A DNA stretch of 64,000 nucleotides from the human T2T-CHM13v2.0 reference genome, Homo sapiens (GCF_009914755.1 NC_060932.1), one strand, 5' to 3'. Positions 1-13,627 are shown, numbered from the stretch's first letter. The notes: generated by a model not told the origin, from the letters alone. Numbers and translations are program-made.

Positions 1-800
1 AGACATTTATGCAGCCAAGGAGCATATGAAGAAGAGCTCCACATCACTGATCATTAGAGAAATGCAAATCAAAACCACAGTGAGATACCAAATCACACCA
101 GCCAGAAAAAAATCAAGAAACAACAGATGCTGGCAAAGCTGTGGAAAAATAGGAATGCTTTTGCACTGTTGGGAGGAAGGTAAATTAGTTCAACCATTGT
201 GGAAGAAAGTGTGGTGATTCCTCAAAGACCTAGAACCAGAAATATCATTTGACCCAGCAAATCCATTATTAAATATATACCTAAAGGAATATAAATCATT
301 TTGTTATAAAGATACATGCATACATATGTTCACTGCAGCACTATTCACAGTAGCAAAGACATGGAATCAACCCAAATGTCCATTAATGATAGACTTCATA
401 AAGAAAATGTGGTACATATACACCACGGAATACTATGCAGCAATAAAAAGGAATGAGATCATGTCCTTTGCAGGGACATGGATGGAGCTGGAAGCCATTA
501 TCCTCAGCAAACTAATGCAGGAACAGAAAACCAAACACTGCATGTTCTCACTTATAAGTGGAAGCTGAACAATGAGAACACATGGACACAGAGAGAGGCA
601 CAACATACACCCTATGGACTGTTTGGGGGTGTGTGGTGGGGGAAAGGAGAGCATCAGGAAAAATAGCTAATGCATGCTGGGATTAATACTTAGGTGATTG
701 GTTGATAGATGCAGTAAGTCACCATGGCACACGTTTACCTATGTAACAAACCTGCACATCCTGCACACGTACCCCACAATGTAAAATGAAATTAAAAAGC
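1..800 (+). mobile_element. L1PA-type LINE-1 3' end (ORF2 C-terminus and 3' UTR; L1PA10-13-like), continues beyond the window start
   Basis: ORFs 26..217 ([25 protein letters not shown]) and 326..568 (MFTAALFTVAKTWNQPKCP) are L1 ORF2 C-terminal motifs. The 3' UTR reads ACCTATGTAACAAACCTGCACATCC, followed by an A-rich tail. Confidence 0.95.
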
Positions 801-2112
801 AACAACAAACAAACAGAATCATGGGCTGATAATACATCGTTAATTTTTCTTAGTCCACAAATAATGTGAAATATTATTCTGAAAGTAGAAGCCAGTTAGA
901 GTCCATGTCATCATTTTAGTTAATTGCTCATTTACTTAAGTATTCTATTCAGACATTCATACTTATAGATAAAAAAGTATTTTACAGCATTTGTCTAGTT
1001 AGTAAATATAATAGTTGGAAGGGGATACTTATAAAAGTATAACTCCCAGAGTAATTTTTCAGCAACATGAAATGAAATGGACTTTTATCCTTGTCTTATT
1101 TCAACTAGAAACATGTTGAATCACATCATTGTTTAGGGTTTTGCTTTCTTTAATTCTTGTAAACTAATTAAGTATCAAACAAAATATTATATATATATAT
1201 GGAATGAAAGCTTTTGGCATGACGCATTTATAGGTAAGGACATCTTCAGTTTTTGAAGGAAAAGGCCTGCTGATGCTTTTATAAAGGGACTTAGAGCGTT
1301 TTGTTTTAGTGCACACATACTTGCTCTCACCATGAGCCTTTGTACCATTCTCTAATGCCATTGCACATCTGGATGATGTGGAGAGTGATGACATATTGAG
1401 GACTATTTTCTGGCTTTCCTTTTTATATACCCTTTTTTTTCTTCTTTAAAAAGAACCATGCAGATGTAACTGTAAAACCTTTATTCTAATGAGAGAGCCG
1501 AGAGTTTGGGAGAACCCACCTGGAAAATCTTATTTTTTATCTTTCCTGCTTTCTTTATAGGGAGCTCACCAAGTTCATAGGTTAGGGAGAACTTAAATGA
1601 AATAAAGAACTAAAAGTGGTGAAAATAAGGCAGCAACAAATCATAATAAAAATACCAGTTGAAAAGAAAAGTGGAATCAAGGATCTCATAATAGTGTTCA
1701 TTTCTCTGTTGGAAATAGTCCATTTGGAAGAACCTGTGATCCGCTTTTACAGACAACTTCATGGTAAGACTAATTTATCCTGGGTGTTTGGAACTTTTGC
1801 TTGGTAAACACGGGTCAGATTTTTTTTTGTTCTTAACAAAGAATGAATGAGAAAACCTATAGGGAAGTTACTGGTACTGATAATCCATGAAACTAGAAAA
1901 GCTAAGATTTGGTGGCATTTTCTCCTTATCTGTAGAATGGCATAAATTATTACTTTTAAATTTGAACCATAGAAAATCTGAGTTACTATCTCTTAGCTAA
2001 GTTTAGGTAAGTGTCCAAAAGAAGAACTTAAAGAAGATACATCATAAACTTGGAACTTTAAAGTTTAAGACACTTGGACAGGATTTTAATTAACGAATTC
2101 ATTTTTTCCCTA

Positions 2113-2342
2113 ATGTAGTTATTAGGAGCATGGGTTTTGGCATCAGAATGTCTGGGTATGAATCTTGCTTTATTACATCTGAGCTTATGCCAGGAGGAAA
2201 TTATACAACTTCTCTGACCTGTTTCCTCATCTGCAAAAGAAAGATCATAAAATTGACCACAAAGGTTACTGTGAGCATCAAATTAACTCTACCTTGCTTA
2301 GAGAAGAATCTTGCAATTAGTAAGCACTTAATAAATGTTATA
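2113..2342 (+). mobile_element. MIR SINE
   Basis: MIR core CTGTTTCCTCATCTGCAAAA and 3' end TAGTAAGCACTTAATAAATGTTA. Confidence 0.8.
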
Positions 2343-2489
2343 AGATAAATACCAATATTATCATACTACTATTTGTTATTTGTTAAAAAAAATTTGTCAG
2401 ACCCTCTGCCAGAGAGTAAGAATAAAACGTGAATGTGATTATTTCTTCTATCAGCTCTCTGTCTTCTTGGAGAGAAGTCCAGGGAAGAC

Positions 2490-2680
2490 CAGGGGTTCTT
2501 AAACAGGATTCTGTGGATAGGCATCAGGGAATCTGTAAATTCTACATAGAATTTTGGAGAAGAAAATGTTTCCTCTAATTCTGTACAAAATTTGGATGAC
2601 AATTTTTTTTTCCTGAAGGTAGGATTTCCAGCTTTAACGGATTATCTTGGGACAAATGACCCCAGACAAACGAAGGATGA
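2490..2680. mobile_element. Old hAT-Charlie-type non-autonomous DNA transposon (MITE) relic
   Basis: Starts CAGGGGTTCTTAA (hAT terminal-repeat-like) and is about 190 bp; subfamily uncertain. Confidence 0.45.
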
Positions 2681-3044
2681 TTAATCTACAAAGATGATTT
2701 CACAACAGATTACAAAGCCTCCTTCAAGCCTCCTCCCAGATCAAAATGGAGAAAACAGTTGATCAGCCTCAGAATATCAGGGGAACTTAAGGTCTCTTTA
2801 GAGCCAAAGTACTAATAAATCACTAAATAGTTTCATTTTCTCACTTTCTTCAGAAAATTCCCATCATATTTTTTACCAAGTGCGCATGCACACACACACA
2901 CTCATATCTACGTCAGTGAAAGAGGATCTGATACTAAAAAAACAGCAGAAATCTTTTCACTTTCATGAGAAAGGTTTTTCTGAATCATCTACACAGCATC
3001 ATTTAATGCTTTCCCTACCCTATACATGATGACTTCTTGTAATC

Positions 3045-3160
3045 CCCCTACTATGCTATGAGTTCCCCATAGGTGGGAATGGAGTAATAACAAGCCTTGA
3101 AGCTCAGCGTCTAGCACAGGGACCCATACACAGTAAACGGTCAGTTAAATGTTTTGTTCT
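3045..3160 (+). mobile_element. L2 3'-end fragment
   Basis: CAGCGTCTAGCACAGGGACCCATACACAGTAAAC...TAAATGTTT resembles the L2 3' terminus. Confidence 0.6.
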
Positions 3161-4099
3161 TAACTGCACTTTAACTAAGCTGTACTTTAGTACACGGCGC
3201 AGATGTGCATTTCTTATGAAGAAGCATGAAATCTTTTGCTTTCTGTGTTGCTAGGATCGACCTCACTTACACAAACTTAGTTTAATAGAACTCATAAGCA
3301 GCTAATGATTTTCATCAGGTATTAAAAAATTCTCAGTTGCCACTTGACTATATACAATGAAAGTGACAGGCTGAAGGCAGAAGACTATGCCAGGATGTTA
3401 CAGGAAAATGTCAAGGCCATGTGAAAAAAGAGGGGCAGTCAGAGGGAAGGGAAGGAAGGAAGAGGGAGGAGCTGCCACTTGAGAGGTTGTATCATGGTCC
3501 TCAGCTGTCTGTCACTGAGAAGAGTTTGCAACTCACAGGGTTTACGTGGTTTCGGTTGGTGCATGATGCTGGCCTTCTGGTGAAGTATTTTTTTTATGGA
3601 ACTGATCAAATTCCCCTCTTTCACATCTGCTCCTATATGTCCGGGTTAACTTCACAGTGGTCATCATCTTCCCTTTGCTTCCATTTTCTAGGGGGTTTTT
3701 AGGTATCCGAGGAAACTACTTTTTGTTCTGTTTTAAACAAAATTTATTTTTCATTTAAAATGGTACAGAAATGGCAGAGGTAGGAAATAAACTGAAACCT
3801 TCTTACAACTTTGCATGGGAACCGGGGATGACAGGAGGCCCCTGTGAGATGCATGGTACCTGCTTAAGTAAGGAAGAGGGGAGCCAGCTTCTCCCCACAG
3901 CAGGGGAGTGTCAGGTGCCATCCGTCAGTGCTCTGGCTACAGGACACTTGCCATGGAAGCTGAACACACATTAGAATTCTCAGGCAGAACTGTGTGGTTT
4001 AAAGGATCTAGACAGCTGGGAACGAATATTTTCTGTTTCTGCCTAATGTAAAGAACACATTATGGCATTTTGAAGTTCCCTTGAGTCCTGATGGTCTGG

Positions 4100-4630
4100 C
4101 ATTTTAATCACTACTTCCTTAATTCAGACTCCTGCCATCTCTAGCCTATGTTAGGCCTTGGACTCCAAATTAGTTTTTCTTCACAGTTCTGAGAATCTAC
4201 AGTCTCTTCACATCATCCTCCACTACCTCACTGACTAGTGCCCCAGGTACACCGAACTACATTGAGTTCTGCTTGATCAACCTGTCCTCAGGGCCTGTAT
4301 ATATGCTGTTCTTGCTTGAAATACTGTCCCCACTCCTTCCCTTCCCATTCTGGTATACCTCCCTTCACCTAGATATGAACTCATCACTAAGTTTTTGCTT
4401 CTCCAGGAAACTGTCCCTCAAACACCCTCACCCTCGTGCCTGGGTCTGATGCCCCTCTGAGGTACTTCTTCAGTACCATAAACTGACCTCAGCACAGCCC
4501 TATGTTCCTGCATTCCAATTGTCTGCTTACCAGACAATAGCCTCATATGACAGCTAAGTGTAGGTCTCACTATTCAATACATCCCAAGTCCAGGAAGGTC
4601 TCAATAGCTAGCCCAAGAATGAATAAATGA
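4100..4630 (+). mobile_element. L2 fragment
   Basis: CTCAGGGCCTGTATATATGCTGTTCTTGCTTGAAATACT motif, ending in GAATGAATAAATGAA. Confidence 0.65.
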
Positions 4631-5708
4631 AGGGAGAAACAGGTGACTGTACCAAGGTTCAAGAATGTGTTTGCTATGATTGCCTTTAACAGTCTTCATG
4701 CTCATGGGTCAGAATTTGTATCGTTCCTAAAGACAGTATTTTGTTACTCTATATATTTTTTAAATGGGGGCTAATGAGAAAATTCTTTAATTTGATTGAA
4801 ATAATGTGAAAGGAGTTTATAGGCCATTTTATAAGATAAGAGCAAGATGAGTTCAATGTGCTCTCTGAATAGAGTAATGTTGTATCCCAGTTATGTTAGT
4901 TTTCCTTAAATGATTCTTAGTGCCATCCCCTTTTATTCTGTTTCCTGATTTGGACCACACATTAAATGGTCATTCCATCTCTAAATACCTTGGGAATCAT
5001 GGAGAGAAGAGGAATCACAGACATACAAAGAACACTTGAAGGATTTTCTGCAAGTTTGAAAGTAGAACTGAAGAATATAGCCAATACACGTTCCAATTCT
5101 ACTTTCTCAACAACACAATTTAAATTTACTCAGAGCTTTGCACAATCATGATTAATGATAAAAGGGAGAGAAGTGGTTTTGCTAGAGTTTCTTAAGAAAC
5201 TACTCTCACTCTCTCTCAGTTACCCAAAGATAAACACTTGCAAATTCTTTTTATATGGGGAAGTAAGATTATTATCAATTAACATCTAAAGACTAATGTT
5301 TCCCAGAGTGTCTTATAAAAGCCTGGTTAGTGAGTGTTGTTATTTCAGATTGCGTTTTGTTTCTCATCCTTTTTTTTGATTACAGCTGACTGTTAATTTA
5401 AAAAATGAATTGATATGACAATGAATGTATGATAACTAAGTGGTTTATTTGAGAACATCCTTGTTGATTTATGTGAAAATACAATCCTAAGAATACCACC
5501 TTCCTCCCCCAGGCTGCTTGAGTTCAGTAAACAGATTTGCAGGACTCATTTACATCAAGAACCAACTAACATTTTGGAAACCAGAAAGGCTTAATTTCTA
5601 CAGAGTCTGTTAATTCTTTGCAATGTGTTCATTGCTTGCATCTTTAATTGAAATGTTTTCAATAGATGAACTCATCTGATTTTATAACATTTCTAAAAAG
5701 TACCATGA

Positions 5709-6385
5709 ATTGGCTTGGTATATACCCGAAAGAAAGGAAATCTGTATATCGAAGAGATATCATCACTCTCATGTTTATTGCAGCACTATTCACAATAGCC
5801 AAGATTTGGAAGCAACCAAGGGACCTATCAACAGATAAATGGATTAAAAAGTAAGGTGCATATACACAATGGAGTACTGTTCAGTCATAAAAAAAGAATG
5901 AAATCCTGTCATTTGCAAAACATAGGTAGAACTGGAAGACATTATGTCAAGTGAAATAAGCCAGGCACAGAAAGACAAACTCTGCATATTCTTACTCATT
6001 TGTGGGAGCTACAAATTAAAACGATTGAACTCATGGAGATAGAGACTAGAAGGATGGTTACCAGAGGCTGGGAAGGGTAATGGGGGTTAGGGTAGTTGGG
6101 AAAGTTAATGGATTAAAAAAAATAGTTAGATAGAATGAATAAGAACTACTATTTCATAGCACAACAGGCTGACTACAGTCAACAATAATTTATTATACAT
6201 TTTTAAATAACTAAAAGAGTATAATTGGAATATTTGTAACACAAAGAAATGATAAATGTTTGAAGAGAAGGATACTCCATTTACCCTGATGTAATTATTA
6301 TGCCTTGCATGCCTGTATCAAAATATCTCATGTGTCCCATAAATGTGCACACCTACTACGGTACCCATAACAATTAAAAGTTTTT
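5709..6385 (+). mobile_element. 5'-truncated L1MA-type LINE-1 with TSD
   Basis: ORF 5666..5854 (GIYPKERKSVYRRD..MFIAALFTIAKIWKQP) and an L1MA-type 3' UTR. TSD TAAAAAGTACCATGA (5694-5708) / TAAAAAGTGCCATGA (6386-6400). Confidence 0.92.
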
Positions 6386-7494
6386 TAAAAAGTGCCATGA
6401 TTTAGAGACCTCTTTTCATAGCAGAAGTTGATCATATAAAGAATGCCTTAAGTTGAGTATGAGTACCCAAACAGAAATTAAAGACTATGTTTTATCTTGC
6501 TTGAGTTATACTCTAGTCATGAGATTGCCATCCAGATCTCAAGATAGGAAGCCATGAGGTCATCTTCTCTCTCCTCCCAAGGTGAATGGTGTGCCCCTCC
6601 CATTTTTCTCTCTGCCTCTCTCTACCTCCTTCCTAACCAATAGATGAGCCACAGTACAAACAATGTCATCCTCAAGCTACCGAGTGTTCTCCTTGATAGC
6701 CTGGCTTGTGTTCCACTACTCTACCTTTTCCTATTGTCCTGCATTTGCTAAGGAATGTGTCATCTCTGATTCTGTTCATTAACTTCTCTGAAATCCAATT
6801 CATACTTTCCTCTGTGATTCACATAGCATTAGCCATTGTTTTCCTTAGCCCTTCTCGTTCTGCAGTTAGAAACCGACTTGCCTAATGCTTGAGCAGGTCA
6901 GAATCCGGGTCAACAACGCATTAGCAGGCTGGTGTATCCTTGCAAGCCTGGTATCTGATAAGCCAGGATGAATCCCATCACTCATGAATTCGCCAATCCT
7001 AATCATCCCCAAATCTTGTAGTATTTGTCCAAACTGGAAGTTTTCCTATGTTTTCTGATTAGCATTTCAATTCCTTGAATAGGATTTGAACCTGAACACG
7101 TTTCCTGGGCTGAGGCTCTGATATTCTGCCTAACTCAGGTCACTTTCTCTCCAGAGGCTTTTAAAGTCCTGACTTTGTTGGCATCCTCCCCCATATGACA
7201 AGCATCTAAGTCTCTATGATATGGTGTTGAGCAGTGGTTTGGAATGGAACCCATTACCATGCTCCCCTCACAATTAACATTCTTTTGGAATGTGTTCAGT
7301 TGATCTGAATCAAGCTTGGTTTTGTCATGCTCGTAAGACCTCTTCCAGAGGGTAGTCTCTATGGCCAGCTCAGCTTTAGAAAATAAACCCTACTTCTTCC
7401 TCATCCCCTCTGGTTTGCGGCTAATGTTCCAGCATGTCCTTCTTCTAAGGCCTCTTAGGTTAGGACTCCAATAAAGCTGTACATCAAGTTCACT

Positions 7495-7615
7495 TCTATA
7501 CATATTTATTGATTACTTTCTGTGTTCAAGTATATGGGGGAAGAGGAGCAAGACTGATGAAATGACACATTCTCAGACCGCCAAGAATGTATGGCCTGTG
7601 TGCAAAATAGACATC
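7495..7615 (-). mobile_element. L2 3'-end fragment
   Basis: CATATTTATTGATTACTTTCTGTGTTCAAG resembles the reverse complement of the L2 terminus. Confidence 0.5.
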
Positions 7616-8369
7616 TCAAGAAGCAACATTAATGTATTGCAAATAAAAAAGAGATTTACCTATAAACTTGCCAATTGTAGTATAAGCACTTGAATAATGC
7701 TTGTTAAGTTGCACTCTGTGATATGGACAGACTTTGTTCCCTCTCTTAGCCTCACTCCCAATCTATCCCCATCCCCCAACATCATATTCTTTTCCAAATA
7801 AACTTTCCCTATGTACTCCCTTACCAGGCAGCAAACTGTACCCTTGATTCTGTATGTTTGTTACAATCATATCTGGGTAATATAAGAATCTCTTTGAGAG
7901 AGACAATTTCCTCTTTTTTTCCCATAAAATCTTGCAATACTTAATTAGTGGAAAATAACCAAATACATTGCTATTTAGTGAAGACTGCTCTGTTAGGTGG
8001 CATAAGATTTTTGTTTTTTTATCAGCAAGGAAAATTAAATAACATTCAGTATTATTAATGTTTATCAAATGCCCACGGGGTACTAAAAATGCCTTAGAAC
8101 AAATGCAAAGGCAGAGTTCCATACTGTCATGTTTACAATGAGACAAGAAGTATTTTAGCTCTTTCCTCTCACTGTTACAAATCTATTTCACAGACTGATT
8201 TTCCTCAGGCCCTAGAGCCATTCATGATTCAATCTCTCAGCATTATAGCTTCCTTAAGGAAGAGGTGTATCCCTTATACCCAAAACAATCAAGAAACATT
8301 TGTAGGATTTACGTGGCCCAGAAGTTTCTACAGTGTTTTTATTTTTATTATTTTTCCTAAGCAACATTT

Positions 8370-8575
8370 ACATACATTTATGTAGTTCTTAACTATATGC
8401 TTGGTACTGTACTAAGACCTTTGCAACTCAATCCTCGCAGCAAACCCATGAGAAATGCAATCCCATTTTATAAGACAGGAGAGTGAGGCACACTGACTTA
8501 AGTCATATGGAGAATGCTGGAGCCTGCTCCAAGCCTCAATAGTGGCCGCTGTGGAGTCCGCATTCTCAACTACAC
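8370..8575 (-). mobile_element. MIR SINE
   Basis: GGTACTGTACTAAG...AATCCTCGCAGCAAACCCATGAG...CCCATTTTATAAGACAGGAGAGTGAGGCAC (reverse MIR core). Confidence 0.8.
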
Positions 8576-8699
8576 CTAGCTGCTTTCCAAAGGTGACTTT
8601 AGACACTTTAGTACTCATTAGCATCTCTAGGAAAGAGTGCATAAGAGACCCTTGTTTTGATGCATTCCTGGCCTACAACCTCATTTATAAGAACTACTT

Positions 8700-9110
8700 A
8701 CTTCTTACAACTCCTAGTGCAAGCCTAGCCTCCATGTTATTTTTGTATCGTCATGGCCCCACTGACCACAGCTGAATAGACCAGTGTTGGCCACATAACT
8801 CCACCTGGGCCAATCAGATTCTGTCTCCTTGGAACTGAAATCAAAACACCATCAGCACTAAAGGCTGAAGTTGTATAGAGTCAAGGTTTGTACAGCCATT
8901 TCCTGCCGTGCACGGGCATGTGTGTTCATGTACTTTTGGCATGTCACATGCACTGCTGCAGAGAACAAAGACTCCCTGGCCTCAAAGAGATGGAGAAAAT
9001 GGCTTTAATTTCTCTTTTCCTGGATTGAATCGATTGTAAGGTCTACTGACCCCTTCTGCCTTGGTTCCACTGAATACTATTGTGTCAAGATTTCTGTTTG
9101 TTATATATAT
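8700..9110. mobile_element. Possible old ERVL/MaLR LTR relic (LTR16/MLT1-like)
   Basis: TGGGCCAATCAGATTCTGTCTCCTTGGAACTG motif is typical of old ERVL-class LTRs; limits uncertain. Confidence 0.35.
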
Positions 9111-9276
9111 AACCTACGCTGTTGAGATGTGGGCAGCAAACATTCACACTTGTTTGTCTTGGTACTTGCTGACAGAGCCAAGTTTATAGACAAGGTTATT
9201 CATTATTGATTACCATTCTCACTGTCATCTTCACCATTCCTGCTTCCCACGTTTACCCGTTTAAACAAAACTACTA

Positions 9277-9313
9277 GGCCAGGCACAATGGCTCACATCT
9301 GTAATCCCAGCAC
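9277..9313 (+). mobile_element. 37-bp Alu 5'-end stub
   Basis: GGCCAGGCACAATGGCTCACATCTGTAATCCCAGCAC matches Alu nt 1-37, then similarity stops abruptly. Confidence 0.85.
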
Positions 9314-9500
9314 CCTGTAGTATGGTCATGCCATAATTGACTTACACATTCCCTCATCTTTGGATGTTTAGATATTTCCTGATTTTCCCATTATAACCCT
9401 GTGATGGACATACTTGAACATAAATTATTGGGTATATCTCTGATTATTTAGTAAATATAACTTGGATAACCACTATGTATAACCTGTCAAAGATTAAAAA
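9314..9500 (-). mobile_element. Old L1M (L1ME-like) fragment
   Basis: GTATGGTCATGCCATAATT...GGATGTTTAGATATTTCC...GATGGACATACTTGAACATA resembles reverse L1M ORF2 C-terminal region. Confidence 0.5.
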
Positions 9501-9509
9501 ATGAATATA

Positions 9510-9941
<432 letters not shown>

Positions 9942-12854
9942 CTAGTTGAAAGCGAAGTCCTCTGGGTGTAACTAAAGCAATAGATAATTTCAGAAGTTTT
10001 CAAGAAAAAGGGAGAGGGGCTTAGCTACAGAAGGGTCCAAAGATTAACTTGGATAAATTCACATTTCTGCCCAGGGTTGACCTGGACTTAGCTTTTGAAG
10101 CAGACAATTCTGTAAAATAGAAGGTAACCAAAGCTAAGGACTTCAATGATCTGCACATGTTAATAATTCATCTCATGTCTGCTGTTAGTCATGTGATTAA
10201 TCCAGAGATGGATTTATAATCTTATATGTAAATTCATAGATGGAGAATCAGAACAACCTATTACTTAGAGATACTCAATACCGAATGGTCTTTAGCTTGG
10301 TTGTTCTGAAGCCTCTACGGAGAGCCTCCGATGAACACATTTTTTACTTTCTTTGAAAATGAGATCAGGAGATATAAGATGTTCCCTAATTCAGGTTCAG
10401 ATAAGAACCTCTTGATGTTCTGGGCCTTGCAATTAAAATTTCAACTCAGAAAAATCTCTTCTCTTAGCATTTTTCATAGTGTCAAAACGGTCTTCAAAAA
10501 CTAATACTTCTGCCTATGGAATTAAAAAAGAAATAGACTGAATAATTGTTATGTACGATCTTAAAATCACAGCACTTGGAAAGCTCCTTACAGACAAACA
10601 TGTAATCATTTTTGAAACTGAGGAATTTGAAAAAACTAGACAGAATTTCAATGTTCTTTAGTATTATTTTAAAAATATTCTTTATCCATGAAAAAATTCT
10701 AAAATAATTCATGAGATTACCAGTGTTGATAAACTATTTCTAGGTTTCTAGGACATAAGTGAGGCATCTTTTGCAGGGATTTTGAAGACTGTGCTAACAG
10801 AGATATAAATTTGAAAACCAATATGCATTTGAATTTGTGTTTTTTTAGTTTAAGTTTCTCATAAAACAAACTAAAGGCACATATTTTACTTTTTATTTTC
10901 TTGTAAAAAATTAGAATGACTAGCATAAGTGAACCAAGTGGAAAGTCAAGCAATAAAGACAACTTTGTAGTGTAAGAAGATATTTGATATTCTGTAACTT
11001 TCCATTATGTCACACTTTATGTAGGTGCTACAAGCCTGATTTGCTTTTGACCATTGCTAATATTAATTGACATTTTAACTGAATGCTCTATTTGCAAAAT
11101 CATCTTATGGTACTACTTTCAACAACAGCGTCTATCATGAAATACATTTCAACTGTTTTGCAAACTTTCTTCCAATTAATAATTAAACAGAGGAACAGCT
11201 TGCAGTATATGCTTGGAACTAATTTTACTATATATAGTGGGAAATGACAAGCACATATGAAGATGTGACTGAAGCCTGGTAACATTTAAATATTCAGTTT
11301 TTCCTCTGTTACCTTGACTAGGGCAAAGTTGGTTCCCAAGGTAAAAACTAAGTGGTCTGCCGGCATATGGTCTAACCTCCATTTGAGTGCTAAAAGCTGG
11401 ATACTGTTTTTGTGAAACAGATGTTGTTGAGTGCAGCAATGCACAACTGACTCTAGCTAACAGCTGGGAATCCTTCGTGACCCATATAGCGAGAAATAAA
11501 CATGGTCCTATGCTTGGCAAAAGAGTAAGGAAGCAAATTTCCATTTGTTAAGGGCTTATCAAAATGAAGAATAAATGTTTTTAGCTATAAACTGATTTTA
11601 TTCACCAGAATAATCTTTCCAGCAGCTTATGTGATGGCCTCATAATATTACAGGCACCCTTTGCCAGATGAAGGCTGCAGTTGCACTGACATATAGTACA
11701 GATGGAAAATAAACATCTGCCTCAATCAAGAGAGAAGACCAAGGACAAGGTTGACGAATAATATCTGGCATGACTATCTTTTCAGGGAAGCACATAAATG
11801 CTACAGGACCAACACCACTGGCATCGTCTGGTGTTGTCCTTATGTGGTTACTGACCATGAAGAGAGATGATTAGTATGCACTCTCCAAGGAGGAGTGGTG
11901 CAGATGCTCAGGATGATATGATTCCAACTCTCTAGGATCTGCTTTGCTGTAGCCACACCATGTGAGTCGCAGAGCTTTTCTATTTTATTTATTTATTTTT
12001 TTCATGGCTTGGCTGCATTTATTGTCGGCAAAGTTTCCCTGTTAAATGTGACAAACAAGGGGAGGAAGGAAGAAGAGGACGAGCGAATTTGGAAAAGATA
12101 GAAACATCTTTTTTCATGGACATAGAAAAATGTCAACAAAGGCGCCAAGTCCAAGTTCAAATGATTTCTTCTGATGGAGACTAAACTCCAAGGTTTTGAT
12201 TGTGAAACACTAGATTTTATTATGTGGTCCAACTTCACCTTTGGCAAAATCTGAGTGGCATAATATACTTTCTGTGAGAGAGGCACACAGGCAGGTACAC
12301 ACGTGGATACACACACTGCAGTCCTAGCACCAAGTTCCTTTTGTCCTCATTGCAACGAAATGATTCATGTGGCACAAATAATATGACAGATGTAGCTTTA
12401 AAAATTCAATTTTATTGCGAGTGTCTTTTTGACTGAAACTTCTTTCATTTTCTGGTATCTCTTGTGACCATATGGAGTTTAGATGGCAGTGAATTCCCTT
12501 CTACTAACTCAAACCCTTTTCTGCACCTGGGCACAATTTTGGATAAGAAGATGAAGTAAAGGGGAAAAGTGCCAGGATTAATATACAAGATCATATTATG
12601 AGTAAAAGGGTACATTTTCCTTTTTTGGGAAAAGACAATTTCAGTACTCTGATTTTGTTAGAATTTTATTTTTAAAAGTGACATTGTGGAGACTCTATGT
12701 ATGGATTTTTTAAACTATTTATTTCCCTTGAATGATAGAGAAAGACAGAGACTTGCTTAGATTCTGATAGTCTAGTTGAAGGAATTATGATCATTTAATC
12801 TTTTTAACTTTAGAAGGAGCTGAAATCTCAGACTTCACCAGACTCTTAATAGAG

Positions 12855-13627
12855 CAAATATTTACCGAATGTTTACTATGTATCAGGTGCTGTACTTAAC
12901 TCTTCTCATGTTCTTGTGCATGTAATATTCAAAGAAATCCTATGAGTCATAAACTATTATTATTATCCCCATTTTATAAACAAGAAATTAAGGCACAGAG
13001 AAGTTAGGTGATTTGTCTAAAGTCACACAGTTAGTCATGGTGAAACCAGCATTTGAACTGAGGGATTGAGCTCAAAAGTCATTCTACTATAAAGACACAT
13101 GTACACATATGTTTACTGCAGTGTTATTTACAATAGCAAAGACTTAGAACCAACCCAAGTGCCCATCAATGATAGACTGGATAAAGAAAATGTGGCACAT
13201 ATATAGCAAGAAATATTATACAGCCATAAAAAATGAGTTCACGTCATTTGCAGGATGAATCTGGAAGCCATCATTCTCAGCAAACTAACACAAGAACAGA
13301 AAACCAAACACCACATGTTCTCACTCATAAGTGGGAGGTGAACAATGAGAACACATGGACACAGGGAGGGAGGGGAACATCACATATTGGGACCTCTTCT
13401 GGGGGTGGGGGGCAAGGGGAGGGAGAGCATTAGGACAAATACCTAATGCATGAGGGGCTTATAACCTAGATGACATGTTGATAGGTGCAGCAAACCACCA
13501 TGGCGCATGTATACCTATGTAACAAATCTGCACGTTCTGCACAGATGTCCCAGAACTTAAAGTAAAATAAAAAAAAAAAAGTTTGCCTTCTAAAAAAAAA
13601 AGTTTATGTTCTTGACCATGGTGCTAC
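12855..13627 (-). mobile_element. MIR interrupted by an L1PA (pieces 12855-13079 and 13602-13627)
   Basis: Reverse MIR core CCCCATTTTATAAACAAGAAATTAAGGCACAGAGAAGTTAGG. Joining CTCAAAAGT to TTATGTTCTTGACCATGGTGCTA restores the MIR 5' region. Confidence 0.85.
13080..13580 (+). mobile_element. 5'-truncated L1PA (L1PA7/8-like) 3' end
   Basis: CATTCTACTATAAAGACACATG...GGAGAGCATTAGGACAAATACCTAATGCATG...CCCAGAACTTAAAGTAAAAT followed by poly(A). Confidence 0.93.

Noticed and set aside
6895-6912. AGGTCA-n6-GGGTCA nuclear receptor direct repeat
   Set aside because: DR6 spacing is not a standard element and one such hit in 64 kb is plausible by chance.
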